The translations under genes and the position numbers were made by a program. Below, piece by piece: positions 42,201 to 50,101 of a stretch of DNA of 64,000 bases. The first letter of the stretch is position 1. The number at the start of each line of letters is the position of its first letter. The stretch is taken from positions 64,001 to 128,000 of the IMG/VR virus record IMGVR_UViG_3300025357_000008. The stretch is one strand, 5' to 3'. Source of the DNA: a virus (lineage: Duplodnaviria > Caudoviricetes). The notes beneath the pieces were generated by a model. The model was not told the origin of the DNA and searched no databases. It saw nothing but the letters and a program-made list of their open reading frames with translations.

Positions 42201-43873
42201 TTGCAACTATTTTTAGTGTTGAAGCAAATGGTTTAGATGGAGTATTCATTGGTATAAATGGTACAAATACTCCTACTATGCAACCTGTGATGTATTTGTC
42301 AACTACCGGCGGTTCTTATACAGGTAATGCAAATCCTGGATTATTTTCAACAACATTGTCGTTGAATAAATGGACACACATTGCTTATGTACGTAACGGT
42401 AATGTATTTTCTTGTTACATAAACGGTGTACAAGACCCAACAACATTTATATTACCAGGTGCTTTATCATACAATTCTAGTTGCAATGCAACTGTCGGTG
42501 CAAGAGCGGCTAATGCTGGTAACTATTTCCCTGGTATTTTAAGTAATGTTAGAGTAATTAATGGTACGGCACTTTATACCAGTAATTTTACACCATCAAC
42601 AACACCATTAACAGCAGTTGCAAATACTGCATTATTAACTTGTCAAAGTAATAGATTTATAGATAATTCAAACAATACTTTTACTCTAACTCAACCTAAT
42701 GGTGGTGTGCAAGTTGAACCGTTTTCACCATTTCCACCAGGCGTAACGTACTCAACCGCAAACAATGGGGCGTCATTGTATTTTAGTAGTTCAAGTGACT
42801 CTGTTGTACAAGGTTCAACTACTGCTTGGGTATTTGCTGGTGATTTTACAATTGAAGGATGGTTCTTTTTCATGCCTTCAGGTGCAGGAACTTCTAGAGC
42901 GTTTGTTAATACCTCAGGCGGTAACATGTATTTGAATACCGATAATACATTACACTATGTGTTTCAAGGCGTTACAGATTTTGGTAGTTCTCAAACAGTA
43001 AATGCAGGACAATGGGTTCACCTAGTTGTATGTCGAAACGGAGGAACTTATAGATTCTTCGTAAACGGTAACATGACTACAGGTACAGGCAGTACAGCAT
43101 CTATAGGTGCAACAGGAGGAATAAACGTAGGAACAGCGAGTGCGTTTTATGCTTACGGTGTTAAAATTTCAAATGGTGTTTCATTATATAATTCTTCTTT
43201 TACGATTCCAAACTCATTGACTACAGTTGCATCAAACAATTCTTTGGCACTATTAGGTACAAATTCAGGTATTCAAGATGTTACTGGTAAAAATGATATT
43301 ATAACATATGGTTCTCTGAAAACACAAGCCAACACAGTTAAGTTTGGTAATAATTCAATGTATTTTGATGGTAGTACAGGTTATGCTTTAATACCAAACT
43401 CAGCATTTATGTTGGTCGGTTCTAGCAATTTTACAATCGAATATTGGTTATACCCAACAACATCAACGACTCAAAGTCCATTCATGTTAAATGGAAATGG
43501 ATCTGGCTATGGTATACGAGCAGATATAGTTGGCACTTCAAATTACGTACAATTATTAGTTTCGACAAGTGGTAGTTCATGGGCTATCAATTCGACAAGT
43601 AGTACAGCAGTATCACTTAACAGTTGGTCGCATATAGCGATAGTGAGAAACGGAACTGCTATGACGGTTTATCTCAATGGAAATAGCATTATTAGTACCA
43701 CGATATCCGGTTCTATTGTATTAGGAACTATTAATTATGTTGGTGCATCATATTATAGTAGTGCGCCAGTTTACTTTTTTAACGGTTATATGGATGATTT
43801 TAGAATTACGAATGGTATTGCTAGATATACCGGTAACTTTACTCCACCAGCCTTTCAATTTTTAGGTCAATAA
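39260..43873 (+). CDS. Multi-domain LamG/ConA-like receptor-binding protein B (IPT and Ig-like N-terminus, about 6 LamG domains)
   Basis: GGETIVIYGSGF IPT motif; six FT(I/V)E units; scaffold collinear with 33511. Confidence 0.82.
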   Translation: MFNGGFKGVRAADGAGFVSARDVAVQQSSPQPKITSWAYTNGAYVPYPDTAIAGGETIVIYGSGFQSNANVVIGGTTITSTRLDPNRITFTAPSLSAGSYPLYVANPGGGTAVYLPGVVYNSYPVFNSTSYANTFVSATTSVGFSLNVTGSPSLTFSLQSGSSLPTGLTLAANGYISGSTTVSNTTVYNFTVIATDSYAQATQASITYTITYVISDTYFNSTTLLLNGETNTNTYIQDISTNNFALTPIGAATPNRFSPLWGNGYYGVDFFYGGFQTPASSLTNITGSFTSTSTFTIETFVKMNALPASTGVNLVGDMQVTSTLNYWSFQINTSGQLQLYWYNGSVQTAVGNTVMVPGSWYHVAVSISSGAIKLFVNGVLQTITGTTTTSTPTGSTSYISVGEYNSYGFNGTLSNLRISSTALYSTTFTAPTSPLTSQANTTFLSCLSNQFSDIGPNSYALTLSSTPKVVASQPFATLPTTSTANTNGQGYYSGAILGGSNLLTYPTSLNLGTAPFTIEFWFYISNLGNSGIYFLYDYINNSSRWTVQWNGPGWAIGHYDGGSWIYTATSTSSVTLGQWTHLAITRDSSSTMRVYVNGVLGATTANFTRNFTNSGSSKTILNDPTGDGTATGFMSNLRIVNGTALYTGSSFTPSTTPLTAVAGTTMLTLQNSTFIDNSANNNVFTPTGLPYVSQNQPFASPTVTSNTITPNIYGSGYLDGSTGYLTTPAGSYADFGSNAFTVECWIYTTVTSTQQVIAFHGWSGSGGYNNGWNLQINTSNQIAFYANGTLVAFTDLVISPNNWTHIAVVGSGGVLSAYKNGIKSTVTNTYTSIVARATATTVLGGWNNTNENIAERYWYAGYISNFRIVNGTALYTNTFLPPNQPVTPISNTQLLSLQYKNSANNNVFYDDSVNNWPLTRTGAATQGTFTPFTQTGWSNYFDQGIGGFISTPGNPTQLQLGSNNFTVECWFFMTAAPTWSVATIFSVEANGLDGVFIGINGTNTPTMQPVMYLSTTGGSYTGNANPGLFSTTLSLNKWTHIAYVRNGNVFSCYINGVQDPTTFILPGALSYNSSCNATVGARAANAGNYFPGILSNVRVINGTALYTSNFTPSTTPLTAVANTALLTCQSNRFIDNSNNTFTLTQPNGGVQVEPFSPFPPGVTYSTANNGASLYFSSSSDSVVQGSTTAWVFAGDFTIEGWFFFMPSGAGTSRAFVNTSGGNMYLNTDNTLHYVFQGVTDFGSSQTVNAGQWVHLVVCRNGGTYRFFVNGNMTTGTGSTASIGATGGINVGTASAFYAYGVKISNGVSLYNSSFTIPNSLTTVASNNSLALLGTNSGIQDVTGKNDIITYGSLKTQANTVKFGNNSMYFDGSTGYALIPNSAFMLVGSSNFTIEYWLYPTTSTTQSPFMLNGNGSGYGIRADIVGTSNYVQLLVSTSGSSWAINSTSSTAVSLNSWSHIAIVRNGTAMTVYLNGNSIISTTISGSIVLGTINYVGASYYSSAPVYFFNGYMDDFRITNGIARYTGNFTPPAFQFLGQ

Positions 43874-43876
43874 ATA
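43869..43876 (+). promoter_or_regulatory. Late promoter core AATAAATA overlapping a stop codon
   Basis: Same CAATAAATAGAA context as at 38150. Confidence 0.6.
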
Positions 43877-43899
43877 GAAGATAACTCAACTAAGATATC

Positions 43900-44451
43900 A
43901 TGTCATTTCCAGTCGCAACATCAAACGGTCAAACAGCATTAGTTAACGGCATTACGTATGTCTGGAACTCTTCTATTGGCACTTGGACTCGCCAACAGGC
44001 TTACCTTGGTCAAATAATTGTTTCTAATACTGCGCCGTCAATTAACGTTGTCGGTACTCAATGGTATTCTCAGACTGACGATGTTATCTATGAGTGGACT
44101 ACAAGCAACGGAAGTAACTTCTTCTGGTTAGATATCTCATCTTCTGCGGTAGTTTCAAACGTTGCGTTGACACCATTTCTAACAAGTACTATTGCAAATA
44201 GCGCAAACACATTTGCCAATACAGCAAACGCATTAGTTCTTGCTCAAGAAACGCTTTCAACGGCAAACGTTTCAAATTACGCAAATAATGTTGTCGCAAA
44301 TTTAGCAAACGGTATATATGCATCGGCAACATTAAATGTTAATTCTGTTAATGCAAATACATTGAGTATCGGAACTCAAAATGCTAATACATACATATTA
44401 TCATACATGCAACAAAATTCTTTCAACCCATTCTTCTTAGCGGGAATGTAG
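43900..44451 (+). CDS. Linker protein (FP..NGQ head, QWY module, NPFFL tail)
   Basis: C-terminal IGTQNAN.YI.SY.QQN segment shared with 31571; ends in TAG. Confidence 0.7.
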   Translation: MSFPVATSNGQTALVNGITYVWNSSIGTWTRQQAYLGQIIVSNTAPSINVVGTQWYSQTDDVIYEWTTSNGSNFFWLDISSSAVVSNVALTPFLTSTIANSANTFANTANALVLAQETLSTANVSNYANNVVANLANGIYASATLNVNSVNANTLSIGTQNANTYILSYMQQNSFNPFFLAGM

Positions 44452-44460
44452 AGGTACATT

Positions 44461-44790
44461 ATGCCAATAAAATACAGAACATTAGCCCAATCAAATCCTG
44501 CCGCAAATACACCTACTGTAATCTATACAGTACCGGCAAATACACAGACTGTCGTTTCAACATTTCAAGTCTGTAATCAAAACGTAAATGCGGCATCTTT
44601 CTTTATTTCAACGCAAGTTGCTGGTGCATCATTAGCAAACTCTCAGTATGTTGCTTTCAACACAACAGTACCAGGATACGACTCAATTTCATTTACTATT
44701 GGTATGGCTTTAGGTAATACAGATACCGTAACAGTTCAAGCCAATACACCTAACGTTTCATTTGTAATGTTTGGATCGGAAATAACCTAA
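44461..44790 (+). CDS. ~110-aa adaptor-like virion protein, copy 2
   Basis: YRTLAQSNPAA..IYTVP..TVVSTFQVCN...FVMFGSEI. Confidence 0.75.
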   Translation: MPIKYRTLAQSNPAANTPTVIYTVPANTQTVVSTFQVCNQNVNAASFFISTQVAGASLANSQYVAFNTTVPGYDSISFTIGMALGNTDTVTVQANTPNVSFVMFGSEIT

Positions 44791-45707
44791 TGGCAGTTAA
44801 AAGAGATTCTCAAAACTCTGTTAAGAATAGAACAATCTCTGCTATCAATAGTGGTGGTGGAGGTGGTTCTACCACATCAACTACATATCAAATTCGTTAC
44901 TTAGCAGTAGCTGGTGGAGGTGGAGGTGGTTACGCACCAGGATCACCAAAAACTACAGTTGGTGGAGGAGGTGGTGGTGGCGGATTTTTACAAAGTCAAG
45001 CACTTTTAACTGTTGGTGTGCCTTATACTATAACAGTTGGTTCCGGCGGTAATAGAACACCATCAGCATGTGGTGCACACGTAGGAGGTACTGGTTCAAA
45101 CTCAACTATTTGTGGATCGGGATTTTCAGTAACTGCATATGGCGGTGGAGGTGGGGGTGCCGGTCCTGCAGTTGCTGGTACACCAGGTGGTTCTGGAGGT
45201 GGTGGAAATAGTTTAGGTGGTACAGGCGTATCGGGTCAAGGAAATCCTGGTGTTGCATGTTTTTTTCTAGCACCAACAAATCCTGGTTGTAATTATGGAA
45301 ATGGTGGAGGAGGTGGCGCAGGTTCACCAGGTTTTAAATTTCCTGCAACAGGTTTTACATCACCGACTGTTTATGGTGGTGGTCAAGGTGGCTACGGTGC
45401 AATAAGCGATATTTCAGGAACTGTACAATATTACAGTTGTGGTGGTGGTGGTGCATCTGTAAATAATGGCGTTACAGCAACTGGTGGATATGGCTTATCT
45501 ACATATGGAACTGGCGGCCCTGGAAGAAGTACACCAGTAACAGGTTCAGTAGCTGGTTCACCAGGTATTGTAATTATTTCATATGTAAGTCCGACACAAA
45601 AAGGTACAGGCGGTACGGTAACTTCTTATAGTCCGCCAACATCACCTTCAACAGTCATACAGGTTCACACATTCTCGTCAACTGGAACGTTTACGTATAC
45701 AGGATAA
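44790..45707 (+). CDS. Glycine-rich putative adhesin, paralog 2
   Basis: YLAVAGGGGGG, YTITVGSGG, GIVIISY, VHTFSSTGTF motifs. Confidence 0.72.
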   Translation: MAVKRDSQNSVKNRTISAINSGGGGGSTTSTTYQIRYLAVAGGGGGGYAPGSPKTTVGGGGGGGGFLQSQALLTVGVPYTITVGSGGNRTPSACGAHVGGTGSNSTICGSGFSVTAYGGGGGGAGPAVAGTPGGSGGGGNSLGGTGVSGQGNPGVACFFLAPTNPGCNYGNGGGGGAGSPGFKFPATGFTSPTVYGGGQGGYGAISDISGTVQYYSCGGGGASVNNGVTATGGYGLSTYGTGGPGRSTPVTGSVAGSPGIVIISYVSPTQKGTGGTVTSYSPPTSPSTVIQVHTFSSTGTFTYTG

Positions 45708-45710
45708 TAA

Positions 45711-46217
45711 ATGGCATTTCCAACAAACCCAACAAACGGTCAACAAGCATCACTCAATGGTGTACTGTATACCTACAACTCAAACTTTAATGCTTGGAAG
45801 AAGACACAAAACGTTGCGAATATTTACACCTCAACGCAACTGACAAACTTCACAAACATATTTGATTTTGATGACGTTTCATATCTAACTGACGGTTTCA
45901 CAAATACATTTCCTTTGAGATGGAATGGTTCACCTGTGACTTGTAACTCACCTTTTACTATTTCAGTAACTGTTAATGGTATATTACAGCCTGCTTTCGA
46001 CTACAAATACGACACAGTATGGTTAGCAAATATACTTACAGGTTCAAAAGGTTACACAATTGACCTTTCAGGTAACCCAACAACTAACGGATACCTTAAG
46101 TTTGCCGATTCAGTACCGGCAGATTCACAGATTTTAGTGAGAACGGTTCTAGGTTCACCTCAAACCTCAATAAAGACGTACCCATTCAAGCCGCTTGACG
46201 TAGTAATGGGTTTTTAA
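45711..46217 (+). CDS. Virion protein with FPTNPTNGQ head
   Basis: N-terminus paralogous to 38578 and 43900. Confidence 0.65.
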   Translation: MAFPTNPTNGQQASLNGVLYTYNSNFNAWKKTQNVANIYTSTQLTNFTNIFDFDDVSYLTDGFTNTFPLRWNGSPVTCNSPFTISVTVNGILQPAFDYKYDTVWLANILTGSKGYTIDLSGNPTTNGYLKFADSVPADSQILVRTVLGSPQTSIKTYPFKPLDVVMGF

Positions 46218-46221
46218 GATA

Positions 46222-46229
46222 GATAAATA
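46222..46229 (+). promoter_or_regulatory. Late promoter core GATAAATA
   Basis: Intergenic; SD GGAG before 46272. Confidence 0.65.
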
Positions 46230-46271
46230 TATGATTGTTACCAAACATCCGAATAACTGGAGAAACTAATA

Positions 46272-49200
46272 ATGGCAAGAAAAGTCATCCTTGATACGTA
46301 CTACACGTTCATACCATCATCTAGAACGATTATTATACCGCACGTTGTACCTAAAGAACGTCTAGTTTTAATTACTGACTTGACAACAAATCAGGTTATT
46401 TTTAACTTCTCAGACCCTAACTTAACTACAACTGCATACACTATCGGTCTTGATACGACTGGTAATTATCCTAATGCGACCGTTACGACTGTTTCTTTAG
46501 CGTATAATACGACAGCACTATCTGCTACAGATAAGTTAAGTATTGTAGTTGACGAATACAATGAGTCATTTCAGCCTTCTGAGACTCTATTAGATCCAGT
46601 TAACAAACTAAGAGTTTCAACACCACAGTCTTTGATTGATACCGACTTTGAGTATTCAACACAAGCGACTAAGTGGGAATCTCTTTCTCGTACCAATATG
46701 AGACCGTTTTCATATTATATTACTTCAACAGGTAACCTAAACTTAATCGACTTACAAGCAGTTAACGGCTCAAGAAGTTTCACAGCAAATACAACAGGTT
46801 CAACACCACCAGCAGTTGGAACACCAATCACAATTTTAGATTCATTGTACGCTGGTGCTGACGGTAACTATGTTGTAGATTCAAACAACAACCTGACAAA
46901 CACAAACGCTTCAGGTGCCGCTAACACATTCTCATATACTGGTAAATTCTATTATACTGGTACAACAGGTACGATTTATAATCAAAACGTAACAATTGGT
47001 TATCAAGGTTATGCATTTACAAACTCTGCAATCACAATTGCAGGTATGACAACTTCTGGTCAAAACGTATTTGTAACTACAGCAAATGCTCACGGCTTTA
47101 TGCCTGGTAATGAAATTGCAGTTACTGGTGTGACAGGAACAAACCCACCAAACGGTTCATGGGTTGTTTCAACAATTATTAACCCATACAACTTCGTATA
47201 TCAATGTAACGCATCTTCAATACCTTCTGGTACAATGACAGTATCAGGTGCATCTTTATATGCAAGACCAGTCGGTACTCTAGTACATCGTTCATTTGAC
47301 GGTGGTATTCGTTTCTCTACAAACTCTGGTTCACACAATCAGCAGTTTATTCGTCAGACACGTAAGTATTTCCGTTATCAATCTGGTAAGGGTATTCAGT
47401 TGTCAACTGGTACAACATTGCAACCACAGTTTAACTTAGACGGTATCACATCAAGCGGTACAACAGTTACAGTTACAACAAAAGACCCACACAATATTTC
47501 TGCTTCAATCGGTATTCAAATCGCTGGTTGTAACGAAGCGGCATATAACGGTAACTTTGCAATCACAAACGTATTGAACCCATATCAGTTCACATATACA
47601 GCAAACTCTGTACCAGCAAATTCACCTGCATCTGGTAACTATGTTTGTTCTGCAACAACATGGTATGGTTCTTCAAATCGTATCGGTATCTTCGATGACC
47701 AAAACGGCATGTTCTTTGAATATGACGGTTCTCAATTATATGCAGTAAGACGAAATGCGGTTTATCAGATTTCCGGTAACACTTGGATTAATGCTGGTTC
47801 AAATACATTAAACGGTAACAATACAATCTTTACTAAGCAGTTACAACCTAATGATTTTATTGTAATCAAAGGTATGCCACACCGTGTACACAACATTCTT
47901 ACAGACTCTGTATTGACAGTTGTACCAACACTACGTGGTACTCAGAACGTCAACTCTGCTGTTATTAGTAAAGTTCAAGACGTTAAAACACCAGTTTCAC
48001 AGTTTAACATTGATAGATTAGATGGAACAGGTCCTTCAGGTTATAAGATTGACTTGACAAAAGACCAAATGTTCTACATCGACTATTCATGGTACGGTGC
48101 TGGTTTTCAACGTTGGGGTGTTCGTGGACCTGATGGTAACGTAATATATGCACATAAAGTAATTAATAATAACGTTAACTATCTTGCTTACATGCGTTCA
48201 GGTAACTTACCTGGTCGTTATGAAACTAATTCTTTCTCTAAGACTTCTGTTCTAACAGCAAACGTTGCACCAACAGATACAACAATTACGATATCTAATG
48301 CAACTGGATGGCCAAATACCGGAGTAGCAGTAATTAGAAATACCTCTAATACTGAATACTTTGCGTATACAGGTATCACAGCACTTTCAAACGGTGCCGC
48401 ACAGTTAACAGGCGCTCAACGTGGTGCCGCTTATCAAACGGGTAACACTGGTAATACATTGTATGTAACAACAGTTGCTGGTAATAATATTGTAACTATA
48501 CCTGCAAGTAACACAACATATGGTTTGTCAAACGGTATGTACGTGTTTGGTCCTAACATTGCACCACAAACGTTTATTCAGAACATTGTTGCAAACACAT
48601 ATATTGTGTTGAATCAAGCACCAACTGCTTCTGGTAACTCGGCAGTTATTATTCCACCATTAGCAAACATTGCACAAACAGTTGTTGTATTGTCTGCAAC
48701 TGGTGCTAACTCATTAACATACACTGGTAACAATCAAGGTGCTGTAGTTCCAACTGCTGTTGAGTTACATGCGCCATTATACGGACCTGAGATTAACCAT
48801 TGGGGTACTTCAGCAATTATGGATGGCGGTTTCACACCAGATAAATCGTTCATTTTCTCAAAAGGTATGCAAACACCTTTAACAATTTATCCAGCCGGTG
48901 GTGCCGCTAACACAATGGCTCTTTGGAGTTTCCGTGTTGCGCCTTCTGCATCAAACGGTATACCAGCTTCTGCTCTTGGTGTTCGTGAGATTGTTAATCG
49001 TATGCAACAATTACCATTTGAACTTGATGCCTATTCTAACGGTGCTTGTTTGATGACTCTTGTATTGAACGGTAGCGTTTCAAATACAACAGCACAATGG
49101 CAAAACGTTGGTGGTTCTAGTTTGTCTCAATATGTTTTCCATGCACAGAATACAACAGTATCTGGTGGTGAAACAGTTTTCGGATTCTTCTTGAATAACA

Positions 49201-49406
49201 ACTTAGGAACATTCGGTTCAACTCAAAACGATTTGACACAATTGCTTTCACTTGGTACAAGTATTCAATCTGGTGGTGTTGCAAATACTGGTGTCGGTAT
49301 CTATCCTGACGGACCTGACGTATTGACACTTGTTGCTACGAACGTATCATCAACGAACCTTGCAAGTATCTTAGCTCGTTATTCATGGACTGAAGCTCAA
49401 GCGTAA
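46272..49406 (+). CDS. Large virion structural protein
   Basis: 1044 aa; DPVNKLRVSTPQSLIDTDFEY, RQTRKYFRYQSGKG, HWGTSAIMDG motifs seen in T4-like virion proteins; two VTT..HG/HN beta modules. Confidence 0.7.
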   Translation: MARKVILDTYYTFIPSSRTIIIPHVVPKERLVLITDLTTNQVIFNFSDPNLTTTAYTIGLDTTGNYPNATVTTVSLAYNTTALSATDKLSIVVDEYNESFQPSETLLDPVNKLRVSTPQSLIDTDFEYSTQATKWESLSRTNMRPFSYYITSTGNLNLIDLQAVNGSRSFTANTTGSTPPAVGTPITILDSLYAGADGNYVVDSNNNLTNTNASGAANTFSYTGKFYYTGTTGTIYNQNVTIGYQGYAFTNSAITIAGMTTSGQNVFVTTANAHGFMPGNEIAVTGVTGTNPPNGSWVVSTIINPYNFVYQCNASSIPSGTMTVSGASLYARPVGTLVHRSFDGGIRFSTNSGSHNQQFIRQTRKYFRYQSGKGIQLSTGTTLQPQFNLDGITSSGTTVTVTTKDPHNISASIGIQIAGCNEAAYNGNFAITNVLNPYQFTYTANSVPANSPASGNYVCSATTWYGSSNRIGIFDDQNGMFFEYDGSQLYAVRRNAVYQISGNTWINAGSNTLNGNNTIFTKQLQPNDFIVIKGMPHRVHNILTDSVLTVVPTLRGTQNVNSAVISKVQDVKTPVSQFNIDRLDGTGPSGYKIDLTKDQMFYIDYSWYGAGFQRWGVRGPDGNVIYAHKVINNNVNYLAYMRSGNLPGRYETNSFSKTSVLTANVAPTDTTITISNATGWPNTGVAVIRNTSNTEYFAYTGITALSNGAAQLTGAQRGAAYQTGNTGNTLYVTTVAGNNIVTIPASNTTYGLSNGMYVFGPNIAPQTFIQNIVANTYIVLNQAPTASGNSAVIIPPLANIAQTVVVLSATGANSLTYTGNNQGAVVPTAVELHAPLYGPEINHWGTSAIMDGGFTPDKSFIFSKGMQTPLTIYPAGGAANTMALWSFRVAPSASNGIPASALGVREIVNRMQQLPFELDAYSNGACLMTLVLNGSVSNTTAQWQNVGGSSLSQYVFHAQNTTVSGGETVFGFFLNNNLGTFGSTQNDLTQLLSLGTSIQSGGVANTGVGIYPDGPDVLTLVATNVSSTNLASILARYSWTEAQA

Positions 49407-49753
49407 TGCAAACAGCCGCACAACTTCCAGTATTACCGGTAGTATCTGAGAATACTACCTTTTACATGTCTGTTCAACCATCAACGCAAGTTGGTGGTAA
49501 AACAAGTTATGAGTTTGCGGCTACTTCATTAACATTTAATCCTTCAACAAATGTAGTAACGATGAATGTGCTTTCGACTTTAACACTCAATGCATTTACA
49601 TTAAATGCAGTCACATTAAATGCGGTTACTATGAATGTTACATCGAATTTATACACTGGTTCAATTAATATTTCGACAGGCTCAAACGTATTTGTAGGAA
49701 CAACAAGGGTTGAGTCTCAGATACCTCATCCATTTTTACTATCGTTTTTGTAG
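49406..49753 (+). CDS. Short linker protein ending in HPFLL
   Basis: LTFNPST motif; pentapeptide TLNAV repeats; ends IPHPFLLSFL-TAG. Confidence 0.68.
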   Translation: MQTAAQLPVLPVVSENTTFYMSVQPSTQVGGKTSYEFAATSLTFNPSTNVVTMNVLSTLTLNAFTLNAVTLNAVTMNVTSNLYTGSINISTGSNVFVGTTRVESQIPHPFLLSFL

Positions 49754-49762
49754 GAACAACTC

Positions 49763-50086
49763 ATGTTATCATATAGAGTTTTAGGTCAAGCAGTACCAGG
49801 AACAACAAATACCACATTGTATGCGGTATCGACTGGTGCGAATACTATTATTTCATCAATTCTAATTGCAAACCAAGGTGCTTCTCTCGCTACTTATCAA
49901 TTAGGTGTTGTACCTAACGGACAAACACTTTCAACAAAAAACTATATTGCTTATAGTGCAAACGTGCCAGCAAACGATACAATGACATTAACACCAGGTA
50001 TTACAATGGGTGCAAATGATGCTATTGTATGTTATGCTAATAATTCATCTGTTTCATTCTCAGTATTTGGTTGCGAAATATCATAA
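49763..50086 (+). CDS. ~110-aa adaptor-like virion protein, copy 3
   Basis: YRVLGQ..P....LYAV...TIISSILIANQ...FSVFGCEI. Confidence 0.75.
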   Translation: MLSYRVLGQAVPGTTNTTLYAVSTGANTIISSILIANQGASLATYQLGVVPNGQTLSTKNYIAYSANVPANDTMTLTPGITMGANDAIVCYANNSSVSFSVFGCEIS

Positions 50087-50101
50087 CAAAGGTGCATTGT
50101 T

